Position numbers and translations under genes: made by a program | Notes under the pieces: model-generated | Databases searched by the model: none | What the model was told of the DNA's origin: nothing | What the model saw: only the letters and a program-made list of their open reading frames with translations | In this document: one piece after another, positions 1-9,163 of the stretch | Position numbering within the stretch: the stretch's first letter is position 1 | How the letters are laid out: every line of letters starts with the position of its first letter | NCBI GenBank assembly: GCA_963830915.1 | Contig: CAWHOE010000043.1 | Span: forward strand, 1 to 32,570 | From: a candidate division FCPU426 bacterium | GTDB taxonomy: Bacteria > Oederibacteriota > Muellerivitia > Muellerivitales > Muellerivitaceae | DNA length: 32,570 nucleotides | Reading direction: 5' to 3'

Positions 1-200
1 AAAATTGTCCCTCCACGCCTTCTCAAATTAAGTCGTGGTAAAAACCCAACAAAAAAACAGTCTATGGTAACTAACAGGAAACTAGTATTTTTTCTTTGAA
101 GAGGAATGACCTTGTTTAATAAATCCCAAAGCTGATAATTTCAGGAAATCCACGCGGGTTTAACGATATTAGATCTTGTTTCTATCAGGGGAGGCAGTCC

Positions 201-1466
201 ATGAAGCGGTATCACTATGCCGTGAGCGCTGTGTTGTTGTTTCTTTTCGCCGGGTTATTCGTCTCTTGCGGTTCCAAAAGCGGCAGTCCCACTTCGCCTT
301 CCAACCCCACGAATACCTTTACGCCCATTTTTACCGCCACAACTTCCAATAGTCCAACCGCCACTAACCAGGTCACCAGTACCCCCAGTTCCACCGCGAC
401 TTTGACTTCCACTAAAACTGCCACGCCCACTTTTTCCAACACACCACTATTCACCTCCAGCCCAACCTCCACGGCTACCAATACGGCCACGAACAGCCAA
501 ACGGCCAGCTCAACGAATACTTTCACTATCACCCCTACCGATACCCCCACCGATACCGCCACTTCTACCGCCACCAACACGGCTTCTAATAGTCCCACCA
601 TCACCTTTACGCCAACCTCCACCCCTTATTTCGCTTATTCCTATTCGATAGGGGGTTACGGAACTACCCCGGGACTCTTTTATGGCCCTCTAGGGATCGC
701 GGTCAGGCTTGTAAGTGGATTCACGTACATTTGTGTGGGGGATACTTATAATAATCGGGTTCAGATCTTGAACGGTGTGTCCTCCGTTTGGACGACTTAT
801 GGAGGGACAGCTTCAGGCACTGGGGTCGGTCAGTTCAAAACACCCGTCCAAGTGGCCTTTGACCCAGCGGGGAATGTCTACGTGGCTGACGCCTATAACG
901 CCAGGATCCAGGAATTTAACGGTGTGACCTGGAACGTTATTTCTCTGGGCACAGGCAGTTCAGCGGGGTATTTCAACATCCCTCAGGGAGTGGCTTCCGA
1001 TCCTTCAGGCAATATCTTCGTTTCGGATTACAACAACAACCAGATCCAGGAATACGTCCCCGGGACCGGTTGGAGTATCCAGTACTCGTTGGGCGCTTTC
1101 AGTCCGCTTCAATTGGCGGTGGATGGTTCGGATGATATTTTCGTGGGGTCCTATAACAATTCATACCTTTACAAGATCAAGGGAACCCCCAGCGTTCTTG
1201 TCGGCGTGAGTGGCACGGGTAACGGCGACTTGAACCTGCCTTATGGCGTCGCGGTGGACAACCAAGGGAACATTTTCGTGGCCGACAGGGATAATGATCG
1301 TATCCAAGAGTTCGATTCAACCGGGGCCTATGTCACCCAATTCGGGAATTCGGGAGGAAGCGGGCAATTATCCATTCCGGAGAGCGTGGCCGTGGACAAC
1401 GCGGGGAACGTCTTTGTGGCCGATTCGGGTAACAACCGTATCGCTGTCTTCAGTTATGTGCCTTGA
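201..1466 (+). CDS. Lipoprotein with Thr/Pro/Ser-rich linker and C-terminal NHL-repeat beta-propeller
   Basis: GGGGAGG SD; signal peptide ending FVS-C23; ~115 aa T/P/S linker; repeated NHL motifs ([52 protein letters not shown]). Confidence 0.9.
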   Translation: MKRYHYAVSAVLLFLFAGLFVSCGSKSGSPTSPSNPTNTFTPIFTATTSNSPTATNQVTSTPSSTATLTSTKTATPTFSNTPLFTSSPTSTATNTATNSQTASSTNTFTITPTDTPTDTATSTATNTASNSPTITFTPTSTPYFAYSYSIGGYGTTPGLFYGPLGIAVRLVSGFTYICVGDTYNNRVQILNGVSSVWTTYGGTASGTGVGQFKTPVQVAFDPAGNVYVADAYNARIQEFNGVTWNVISLGTGSSAGYFNIPQGVASDPSGNIFVSDYNNNQIQEYVPGTGWSIQYSLGAFSPLQLAVDGSDDIFVGSYNNSYLYKIKGTPSVLVGVSGTGNGDLNLPYGVAVDNQGNIFVADRDNDRIQEFDSTGAYVTQFGNSGGSGQLSIPESVAVDNAGNVFVADSGNNRIAVFSYVP

Positions 1467-1656
1467 GGTTAATAGAGGAAGATTGGGTCCGTCCCTGACC
1501 GATCAACAAAAAGGGTATCTGGTTACCGGTAAGAAATCATTAATTTTACTCATGAGGGAAATGGCCTTGGTAAATCCAACCATAGCCTGTAAAGTTCTGC
1601 AAAATTCAGCGTTTTGTTAGTTTATTCAATTTTTGTTCTATTAGGGGAGGCCGACC

Positions 1657-3654
1657 ATGAAGAGGAATTTCTATACCTTGAGCGCGTTGTTCCTGGTAGT
1701 TTCCGCCGGGTTTTTCATTTCTTGCGGGTCTAAAAGCAATCCCACCACCCCCGCTGGCCCGCCCACCAGCACCTTCACGCCCACCATCACACCCACCCCC
1801 ATCAGTGTCCGATGGGCGCAAGCCTCCATCAACCGAACCAACAACAACGGGTCCATCACCCAAGCCGCTCAACTGAATTTGAGCGTAGGGAGTCAAGCGG
1901 TCTCCACTGATCCGGTCTATATCTCCAGTTCCGCCCTGACCAATCCCGTGACCCTGCCCTATAACAGCACGGTCACACAAACGGGTGTCCCTTACGCCGA
2001 ATATCTATTGAACGGGACCGGCTGGTCCTATCAACCAGGCCAAAGCTACAGTATCTCGACATTGACCGCGGCGGGCTTGGCTTCGGTCACTGTGACCGCT
2101 CCCGGCAATATCTATATCGCGGCGGATGGTTCTTCCGTGACATGGACCAACGGAGGTACTTTTACCTATATTTCCGTAACCTCTGGTGGGGTCACCTACT
2201 TCACGGCCTCAGGTTCGCCCTTGACCTCGCCCCAGTCCATCCCGGCATCGGTGTATGCCTTGCCAGGGTCCTATTCAGTCTGGGTCTTTACGGATGTTGA
2301 TGTCGTCACCGTCCCGGGCATCCTTTCCGGTAATTTCGATTTCCGGGAAGAACAATACAAGAACATCACGGTCGTGGCTCCCACCTCCACCCCCACCCAA
2401 ACCGCCACGAATTCAGCGACACCTTCAGCCACTTTCAGCCCCACGATCACTCCGTCTGGCACATACACCATTGCCCCCTCGGCCACGCCCACCATCACCT
2501 GGACCCCGTCGAAAACGACGACGCCCACCGCCACCAATAGCAGTACCATTACCTCCACACCGACCATCACGGCCACGCCGACCATTACCTCCACGGCCAC
2601 CAATAGCCCGACCAACACACCGACCGGTCCCCACTGGCGTTTCGCGGGGAATGAGGGCGGGTTCGGTGGAAGTTATGGAAGTCTTGGTCTTTCCGGAAGC
2701 ACGGTCTATCTGACTTATGAGACCGATTCCAACTCAAGCCCCGCCTTTACTAGCTGGAACGGGTCCAGTTGGGCCGCCTCCACGGTCGATACCTCTATCG
2801 CGTCTTATTTCTCCTCCTATTACGACCCGACCGCTGGGGTACCTTACTTCGCCTATTCGGACGCTCAAAACACCTATTTCGCGAGCATGAGGGAATATAA
2901 CGGCTCGTGGAATTACGTCGGCACCGCCGCTTTCACCACCGGGGCCATCTACGGGCCTTCGATGACCGTATTCGACAATGGGACGACCGTCGTTCCTTAT
3001 ATCGTTTATCAGGATCCCGCCAATAGCTATTACACGACTGTCATGGCTTACAACGGGACAAAATGGGTGACCGTCGGGGCGCCTGATTTCATCTACGGCG
3101 ATATGTTCTCCCTGGTCGTCAACACGGACGGCACGCCTTATCTGTCCTTCCGGGATGACGCGAATGGGGACAAACTGGGCGTCGTGAAGTTCAATGGAAC
3201 GAGCTGGGTCGCGGTAGGTTCGACGATAGATATCACTACCGCCAGTATCCAATACACCTCGATGGCCATTTATAACAACAACCTTTACTTGGCTTTCCAG
3301 GACGGTACCTACCTAGGCGGACAAGCTTCGGTCTTGACCTATAACCTGACAACCCCCGCCGGGTGGAGTTACCTGGGAAGTGGAGGGTTCTCTGGGACCG
3401 CGGCGCGGTGGGAATCCATCTATTTCGACAGCGGGACGCCCTATGTGGCTTACCAGGATTGGAATGACACGAAACAGAGGGCGTCGGTCATGAAATATTC
3501 CGCCGGCACCTGGGGTTTGGTCGGCAACGCTGATTTCACACCCGGGTCGGCCACCTATCTTTCATTGGTGGTGAAAAGCGGGGTGCCTTATTTGGTCTTC
3601 GCCGATGGGGCTTCCACTTCGGGATACGACGATTCGGTGATGTATTACCAATGA
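1657..3654 (+). CDS. Lipoprotein: N-terminal beta-rich (Ig-like) domain, Thr-rich linker, C-terminal repeat beta-propeller-like domain
   Basis: GGGGAGG SD; lipobox FIS-C23; T/P linker at ~aa 242-324; C-terminal ~48 aa repeats of the type PY(V/L)xYQD...VMxYNGxxWxxVG. Confidence 0.85.
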   Translation: MKRNFYTLSALFLVVSAGFFISCGSKSNPTTPAGPPTSTFTPTITPTPISVRWAQASINRTNNNGSITQAAQLNLSVGSQAVSTDPVYISSSALTNPVTLPYNSTVTQTGVPYAEYLLNGTGWSYQPGQSYSISTLTAAGLASVTVTAPGNIYIAADGSSVTWTNGGTFTYISVTSGGVTYFTASGSPLTSPQSIPASVYALPGSYSVWVFTDVDVVTVPGILSGNFDFREEQYKNITVVAPTSTPTQTATNSATPSATFSPTITPSGTYTIAPSATPTITWTPSKTTTPTATNSSTITSTPTITATPTITSTATNSPTNTPTGPHWRFAGNEGGFGGSYGSLGLSGSTVYLTYETDSNSSPAFTSWNGSSWAASTVDTSIASYFSSYYDPTAGVPYFAYSDAQNTYFASMREYNGSWNYVGTAAFTTGAIYGPSMTVFDNGTTVVPYIVYQDPANSYYTTVMAYNGTKWVTVGAPDFIYGDMFSLVVNTDGTPYLSFRDDANGDKLGVVKFNGTSWVAVGSTIDITTASIQYTSMAIYNNNLYLAFQDGTYLGGQASVLTYNLTTPAGWSYLGSGGFSGTAARWESIYFDSGTPYVAYQDWNDTKQRASVMKYSAGTWGLVGNADFTPGSATYLSLVVKSGVPYLVFADGASTSGYDDSVMYYQ

Positions 3655-3679
3655 TGGGTTGATCTATAACCTAATAAAC

Positions 3680-3711
3680 AGGCCCGGTGGGGAACCATCG
3701 GGCCTTTTTTT
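3680..3711 (+). terminator. Rho-independent terminator
   Basis: AGGCCCGGTGG-GGAA-CCATCGGGCCT 11-bp stem (one G-U pair) running into a 7-T tract, just after the stop at 3654. Confidence 0.85.
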
Positions 3712-3757
3712 ATTGATAAGAACAGTTAGGGAAACTAATTGTTTTATAATATCCGTT

Positions 3758-4711
3758 ATGAAATATCAGGCTCTTTGTTTTATATGGATATTGGCGGTCC
3801 TGGGTTTGATGTTGGGTAGGGCTGGGGCGGCCGCTGTCGACATCAATTATCAGGCGGGGCTGGAGAGTCTTGACCAGAAACAATACAAGCAGGCTGTGGA
3901 CTTCCTGAAAAAGGCGCTCAATAAAGACCGGAAAAATCCCAAGATACAGGAAATGCTGGGGGAAAGTTATGAGGGTCTGGGAAAAAGTGATGACGCGATC
4001 AAAGCCTATCTCAAATGTCTCGATCTGGACCCGAACAACGCCCAGGCGGCCAAGCTCTTGAATCGGTTATTGGTGGATAAACAAACGCCTCCGGCGGAGA
4101 TCGAGAAAACGGAACCCCCGGAATATTCGGGAAAGATCGAGTTCCAGATAAACGGCGGGATGGTTTCTTGGCCTAACGTTAACAGTAAAAGCGGACCCTG
4201 GACCGGGGGGGCGGGGATAGGGGTGTGGTTGGGATACGGTTTGAATTCACATCTCAGCCTGGGAGCCAGGATGAGCAGTTTTTGGTACACGACCAACCCG
4301 GTTAATTTCGTCGGGTCTTACCTCGCCAACAGCGCGGCCGCGACCTTCAGCTCTTACAGTTTGGACGAAGGCGCTGTGGCGCAAGTGGTTCAGATCGTCC
4401 CCACCGCGAAGCTCAGCTTTGACCTGGACCAGCATCGTCTGGCGCCCTATGTTTTCACGGGCGCGGGCCTAATGAATGAATCCCTCAAAAACATCAATGT
4501 CAACGGCTTGACCAAAAACACATCCACCACAGTGGGTTTGGTGCCTGGCTTTTCGCACAATTACTTCATTGGTCTCATCGGTTTGGGTTTTCCCGTAACC
4601 ATTGCCAAGGACGTTCAGGTAACAGTAGAGGTCCAGGAAATATTCGGGTTCTCCGAAGTTGAACCCATCACCTATGATTCGGAAGACTTAGGGGTATTGT
4701 TCCGGTTGTAA
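3758..4711 (+). CDS. TPR-containing outer-membrane beta-barrel protein
   Basis: ATG at 3758 yields a signal peptide (MKYQALCFIWILAVLGLMLGRAGA); the ORF-track start at 3659 would run through the terminator. TPR motifs (LGESYEGLGKSDDAIKAYLKCLDLDPNNAQA); amphipathic strands (PYVFTGAG) and a terminal LGVLFRL. Confidence 0.8.
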   Translation: MKYQALCFIWILAVLGLMLGRAGAAAVDINYQAGLESLDQKQYKQAVDFLKKALNKDRKNPKIQEMLGESYEGLGKSDDAIKAYLKCLDLDPNNAQAAKLLNRLLVDKQTPPAEIEKTEPPEYSGKIEFQINGGMVSWPNVNSKSGPWTGGAGIGVWLGYGLNSHLSLGARMSSFWYTTNPVNFVGSYLANSAAATFSSYSLDEGAVAQVVQIVPTAKLSFDLDQHRLAPYVFTGAGLMNESLKNINVNGLTKNTSTTVGLVPGFSHNYFIGLIGLGFPVTIAKDVQVTVEVQEIFGFSEVEPITYDSEDLGVLFRL

Positions 4712-4829
4712 AAAGGACATTTTCATCCCGCGCGAAATGAGATGGGGGCCGTTCTTTTTCTTTTGCGGGAATGTTACTTTTGAGAGGGTGTTATAATCCA
4801 ATATTCGCGGATTTGAATAAAGAGGCTCT

Positions 4830-5587
4830 ATGAAGAGATTTTTCCTTATCCCCTTCATGCTTTTATTGGTCCTTCTCCCATTGGCCTGCCAAAAAACCTA
4901 TACGGTCGGGCCTTTGGCGCCAACTCCCGTACCGGCCTTCACGTCCACTCCCACGCAAAATCCCTTTTGCACCGTGGTCGCCTTGCCCACGGCCGGGACC
5001 ATCCCTAATGGTATCGTTTGGGGGGCCGCTGAGATCATGAGCACGGATTATATCGGCCTTCATCTGGATGTCTCGGTCATGCTCTACCTGGCGGTCAACG
5101 GGGCGCCTGAGTCGACCGACGCCGTGACCATGTCCGGGCCCGGATACGCCGGTCCGGTGTCCTATAACGGTCCCGCCACGGTTTCCGGTGACGTGTTCGC
5201 CTTTTATACCAGTCCGGCCGGGGGATCACCCTGGTCGCCGGGGCGCCTTATACCCTCACCACGGTTACCTCCATCGGCACGGCCACGTCCGTGGTCACGG
5301 CGCCCGCCGATCCATTCCTTTCCGCGGATGGGTACACCGCGACCTGGGCTGGGCCCTCCATGTTCAACCAGACCGAGATCTACAACACGATCCCCAATGA
5401 GGTTTGGTCGACGCCCAATTGCGTCAACCAATTCTCGCCATTGTCCATTCCCGTCACGGCTTATACCGGCTCGGCTTCGGGGACCTATTACACCTACGTC
5501 AATAGCGTGAACTATACGACGACCGTCACGGGCGGGAAGGGGCTGTTCGTGGTGGATGTGGCTTGTGAACGGGATCTGAGTAAATAA
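4830..5587 (+). CDS. Lipoprotein related to the N-terminal domain of 1657..3654; single-base frameshift near 5220-5224
   Basis: Lipobox LPLA-C20. Adding one G to the G5 run at 5220-5224 continues as ITLVAGAPYTLTTVTSIGTATSVVTAPADPFLSADGYTATW, which aligns with YQPGQSYSISTLTAAGLASVTVTAPGNIYIAADGSSVTW in 1657..3654; stop at 5587. Confidence 0.75.
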
Positions 5588-5632
5588 AACCGTTTATATC
5601 AAGAACGACTCATAACTATTAAAAGGGGTCCT

Positions 5633-6237
5633 ATGCTTATCTCCATCATCCTCAGTAACCCCAGCCCTGAAAGTTTCAACCACGCCTTGGCCAAGGAAAC
5701 GCGCGAATGTTTGCTGAAACTGGGCCATAAGGTCCATTTCCATGACCTTTACCAGGAACACTTCGACCCCATCCTGCTGGACCTGGAACAGGGCCGAAAG
5801 ACCGTATTACCGCCCCTGGTCAAAAAACATTGCGACGAGATCGCCGCGGCCGACGGCATCGTCATCATCCATCCCAACTGGTGGGGACAACCGCCCGCCA
5901 TCATGAAAGGCTGGGTGGACCGGGTCCTGAGGCCCGGGACGGCCTATGAGTTCCTGGAAGGGGATGGAGGGGAGGGAATACCCAAGGGACTGCTAAAGGC
6001 CAAAGCCGCGCTGGTCCTGAACACCACCAATACCCCACTCAAGCGTGAGATGGAAGTTTTCGGGGACCCCTTGGAGAACCTTTGGAAAACCTGCATCTTT
6101 GATTTCTGCGGGGTCCGCCAATTCCATCGGCGGGTTTCGGGGTCATCGTGACCAGCACACCGGATGAAAGGTGGCAATGGTTGAGGGAAGCTTCGGAACT
6201 GGTGGCCAAGGTTTTCCCGAAAGATGGGGCCGCATAA
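5633..6237 (+). CDS. Flavodoxin-fold NAD(P)H-dependent (quinone) oxidoreductase, KefF/MdaB-like; single-base frameshift near 6136-6138
   Basis: Motifs NPSPESFN, HDLY..HFDP and HPNWWGQPPAIMKGWVDRV. One extra T in the TTT run restores RRVFGVIVTSTPDERWQWLREASELVAKVFPKDGAA* (TAA 6235-6237). Confidence 0.85.
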
Positions 6238-6440
6238 AGCGTTTGTTTCAGTGTAACGGGTTAACCGATTTCGTAATCCACTGTCCGGCGTTCGATTCGG
6301 TCGGCTTTGATGGCGGGCTTCACTTTTAAGTGCTCGGGATGGGCTTGGTAGGCGTCCAGGGCTTCCCGGCTGACGAATTCGGAATAAAGGACCAGATCCG
6401 AGGAACCGAGTGGGAATTTCAATTCGGCAGCTATAAAAGA

Positions 6441-8882
6441 TCAACGCAAGATCAAGAGTTTCCCTATGGATCGGCCGTTAACGGTCGTCACCTCCACGTA
6501 GTAAATCCCGTTGGCCATAGGGTGGCCCGATCTGTCCGTCAGGTTCAAGGTTACCGCCGTGCCCGAAGGCAATGAGGGATAAGTCTTGTCCTGCACTTTT
6601 CGGAATGCCAACGTATAAACTTCCACCCTCACATTGGATAACCCAAAGTAGAAAGGAGGGAGTATCTGGACCGTGGGACCGGTGACGGGGTTCGGATAAA
6701 TCCCCACTTTTCCGACAAGCGGTGTAGGAGCCGGCGTGGGCGTTGTGGTTGGACTCGCCGTTTGGGTCGGGGAGAGGGTCGCCGTGGGGCTGAGGGTGAA
6801 TGTGGGCGTGAAAGTCCCAGTGTTCGTCATCGACGGGGTGAAGGACAAAGTGGGAGTGTGGGTGGTCGTTGGAGAGACCGTGAAGCTAGGAGTGCTGGTG
6901 AGGGTGGGCGTGTCGGTAGAGGTCCCTGTAAAAGTCGAGGTGAGGGTGGTGGTGGAAGTCAGGGTGGGAGTGAAAGACAAAGTATTGGTTGGGCTGAAAG
7001 GGGAAGTGGCGGTTGGTGTTCCGGTGAAAGTGGAAGTCGCTGTAAGCGTGTTGGTCAAAGTGGTGGTTGAGGTGCTGGTCTTGGTCGGGGTAGGCGAAGC
7101 CGAAGCGGTGAGGGACGCCGTTAGCGTCATCGAATCCGTCGGGGTGAATGTAAGGGTTGCCGTCGGGGATAAGGTGTTCGTCGCGCTGAATTGCGAAATG
7201 GCTGTGGCCGTTGGCGACGCGGAAGGCGTAGCGGTTGGGGTGACCGTCGAGGTCATCGAAGCCGTTTGAGTCGGGGTGGGGGTCTGGGTCAGGGTGTTCG
7301 TTTTTGTCGACGTCGTGGTCGAAGTGGCTGTGTCGGTCGAGGTAATGATCGGAGTTTGGGAAGAGGTGGAGGTCGTGGTGTTGGTGGCTGTCGAAGTTGA
7401 GGTAGGGGTTGCGGTAGTGCCCAGGGTTGGCGTCATGGTGGCTGTCGGGGTGGAGGTTTTTGTGGAAGTTCCGGTCGTAGTGTTGGTCATCGACGCTGTT
7501 TGAGTCGCGGTGGGAGTCTGGGTATTCGTTTTGGTCGATGTCGTGGTCGAAGAGGCCGTGGCGGTCGGGGTAATGACCGTTGTTTGGGTAGAAGTGGATG
7601 TGGTGGTATGGGTTGCGGTAGATGTTGAAGTAGAGGTGGCGGTAGTGCTCGGGGTTGGTGTCTTGGTGGCTGTCAGGGTGAAGGTTTTTGTGGGAGTCCC
7701 GGTTGGGGTGGAAGTCATCGTAGCCGTGGGGGTGAAGGTGGGGGTGCCGACGGGGCAGACCAGGAATTGCAGACCCACGGCGCTGGTGAAGTTCGCGAAA
7801 CTGGGATCGATGAGGCCCGTATTCGCGCTGATGTTATCGTCCCCATGCCAGGCCCATGGCATGTAACCGGCGTAGCCGTTGTTATAAAGCGCGGTCGCCA
7901 TCTGTTGGTGGGTGAAGCCTGGAGAACCGGGCCCCGAGTACTCGGTGACGGGGTTTCCCATCGACTCGCCGACAATGACCGGTTTGCCGGTGTCCGCGTT
8001 GAAATTAAGGGTCGACACGGCGATAGCCGCGGGGTTGTACCAAGTCGTCATCCAATCGTAATAATGGAAATCGAAGAAATCGAGCCCCTGACCCGCCCAA
8101 AAAGCATAGTCCTTTCCACACCATTTCATGCAGGCCGATCCCACGCTAACAGGCTGTTTGACGTAAAGGTGCAGGGTGGCCGCCATGTCATGCACATAAG
8201 ATTGGACGTTGACCAAGCTCATTTGATCCAGGGCTGTGTTGGCGCCCCCGTTATCCGAGGCTTGGACCATCCATTCGGGCTCGTTGACAATGTCCCATCC
8301 CATCACACCCGCGTTATTGGCCAGGGCCGAGGCGATCGGGGTAATGGCGTTATTCAGGAAGCTGGCCCTGATGGCTGTGGAGGTGATGACGTCGTCATGG
8401 CACCAGGCCCTTCCGGTGTAAGCCATATCGAAGCTGGACAACGTGAAATAGATCTTCATGCCCTTGGAAGCGGCGTAGTTGGCCGCGGAGGTCATGTTGG
8501 CGACCCAGTTGGCTGGAAGCCCGGTACAGGTACTTCCTTTGCCGGTGCCGCTCCAAAGGGGTGAACTGTCGAAGTCGGTGAAAACCCACCACCTTACCGA
8601 TCTTATGCCCGCCGTATACATAGCGTCGAAATCAGCCTGCATGGTGGCCTGGTTGTAGCCCGTGCTGAAATCGGTCCCCCAGTTGTTCCAGGCGTAGTCC
8701 ACCCCCAGGGCCCAAAAAGTGCAGCCGTTCACCGCGGGGATCCGGTTGGGGGCGGCGGAAAAGGACCTAAGCGGGAAACTCAATATTAGGAAAATCGCCG
8801 CCAGGAAAAATACTCCTGACCGGGGATGGAATGAACGCGGGATGTAGGCGGGGGTGATTCCGGATTTCAGGTTTCTGGTCAT
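6441..8882 (-). CDS. Secreted GH5-family glycoside hydrolase (beta-mannanase-like) with long Thr-rich linker and T9SS type-A-like C-terminal domain
   Basis: Hydrophobic signal; GVDYAWNNWGTDF, VRWW, acid/base WDIVNEPEW, DFHYY, nucleophile PVIVGE and GYMPW; ~340 aa T/P/S linker; C-terminal IYPNP...VEVYTL..RKV...D.SG..MANGIYYV...KLLILR. Confidence 0.85.
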   Translation of the reverse strand: MTRNLKSGITPAYIPRSFHPRSGVFFLAAIFLILSFPLRSFSAAPNRIPAVNGCTFWALGVDYAWNNWGTDFSTGYNQATMQADFDAMYTAGIRSVRWWVFTDFDSSPLWSGTGKGSTCTGLPANWVANMTSAANYAASKGMKIYFTLSSFDMAYTGRAWCHDDVITSTAIRASFLNNAITPIASALANNAGVMGWDIVNEPEWMVQASDNGGANTALDQMSLVNVQSYVHDMAATLHLYVKQPVSVGSACMKWCGKDYAFWAGQGLDFFDFHYYDWMTTWYNPAAIAVSTLNFNADTGKPVIVGESMGNPVTEYSGPGSPGFTHQQMATALYNNGYAGYMPWAWHGDDNISANTGLIDPSFANFTSAVGLQFLVCPVGTPTFTPTATMTSTPTGTPTKTFTLTATKTPTPSTTATSTSTSTATHTTTSTSTQTTVITPTATASSTTTSTKTNTQTPTATQTASMTNTTTGTSTKTSTPTATMTPTLGTTATPTSTSTATNTTTSTSSQTPIITSTDTATSTTTSTKTNTLTQTPTPTQTASMTSTVTPTATPSASPTATAISQFSATNTLSPTATLTFTPTDSMTLTASLTASASPTPTKTSTSTTTLTNTLTATSTFTGTPTATSPFSPTNTLSFTPTLTSTTTLTSTFTGTSTDTPTLTSTPSFTVSPTTTHTPTLSFTPSMTNTGTFTPTFTLSPTATLSPTQTASPTTTPTPAPTPLVGKVGIYPNPVTGPTVQILPPFYFGLSNVRVEVYTLAFRKVQDKTYPSLPSGTAVTLNLTDRSGHPMANGIYYVEVTTVNGRSIGKLLILR

Positions 8883-8948
8883 TCAAGCCGCTTCCTGGTT
8901 GGAATTTGCGGGATCATTCGAAAAGGGAAGCGGGTATTGAGTGTTCAT
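8883..8948 (-). CDS. Possible 21-aa upstream/leader ORF in frame with and abutting the GH5 gene
   Basis: AAGGGA SD-like motif, then MNTQYPLPFSNDPANSNQEAA, TGA and immediately the GH5 ATG. Confidence 0.35.
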   Translation of the reverse strand: MNTQYPLPFSNDPANSNQEAA

Positions 8949-9035
8949 GGATCGTTCCCTTTACGTTTTTCATCCGGACAGGGTCGGCAGACCCGATCCT
9001 TGGATTCGTTCCTTATTTCAGATCCAACGGTGTCT

Positions 9036-9049
9036 TTTGATCGATCAAA
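9036..9049. promoter_or_regulatory. Perfect 14-bp palindrome, candidate operator upstream of the GH5 gene
   Basis: TTTGATCGATCAAA with a central CG, in the intergenic region between the AraC and GH5 genes. Confidence 0.4.
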
Positions 9050-9163
9050 GTTATCATTCCAGGTCGTTGGCATGTAGCTCTTTTGTGTCAATTCGGTAGT
9101 ACTATTATTCCACTCGTTAATAAGAGTTGAGCGTTGAACCGATCTGTTTCTAGGGCGTTATTT

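Noticed and set aside
5220..6138. Programmed frameshifting or phase variation at G5 (5220-5224) and T3 (6136-6138)
   Set aside because: The runs are too short for typical phase variation and there is no slippery heptamer; single-base homopolymer loss is the usual long-read error.
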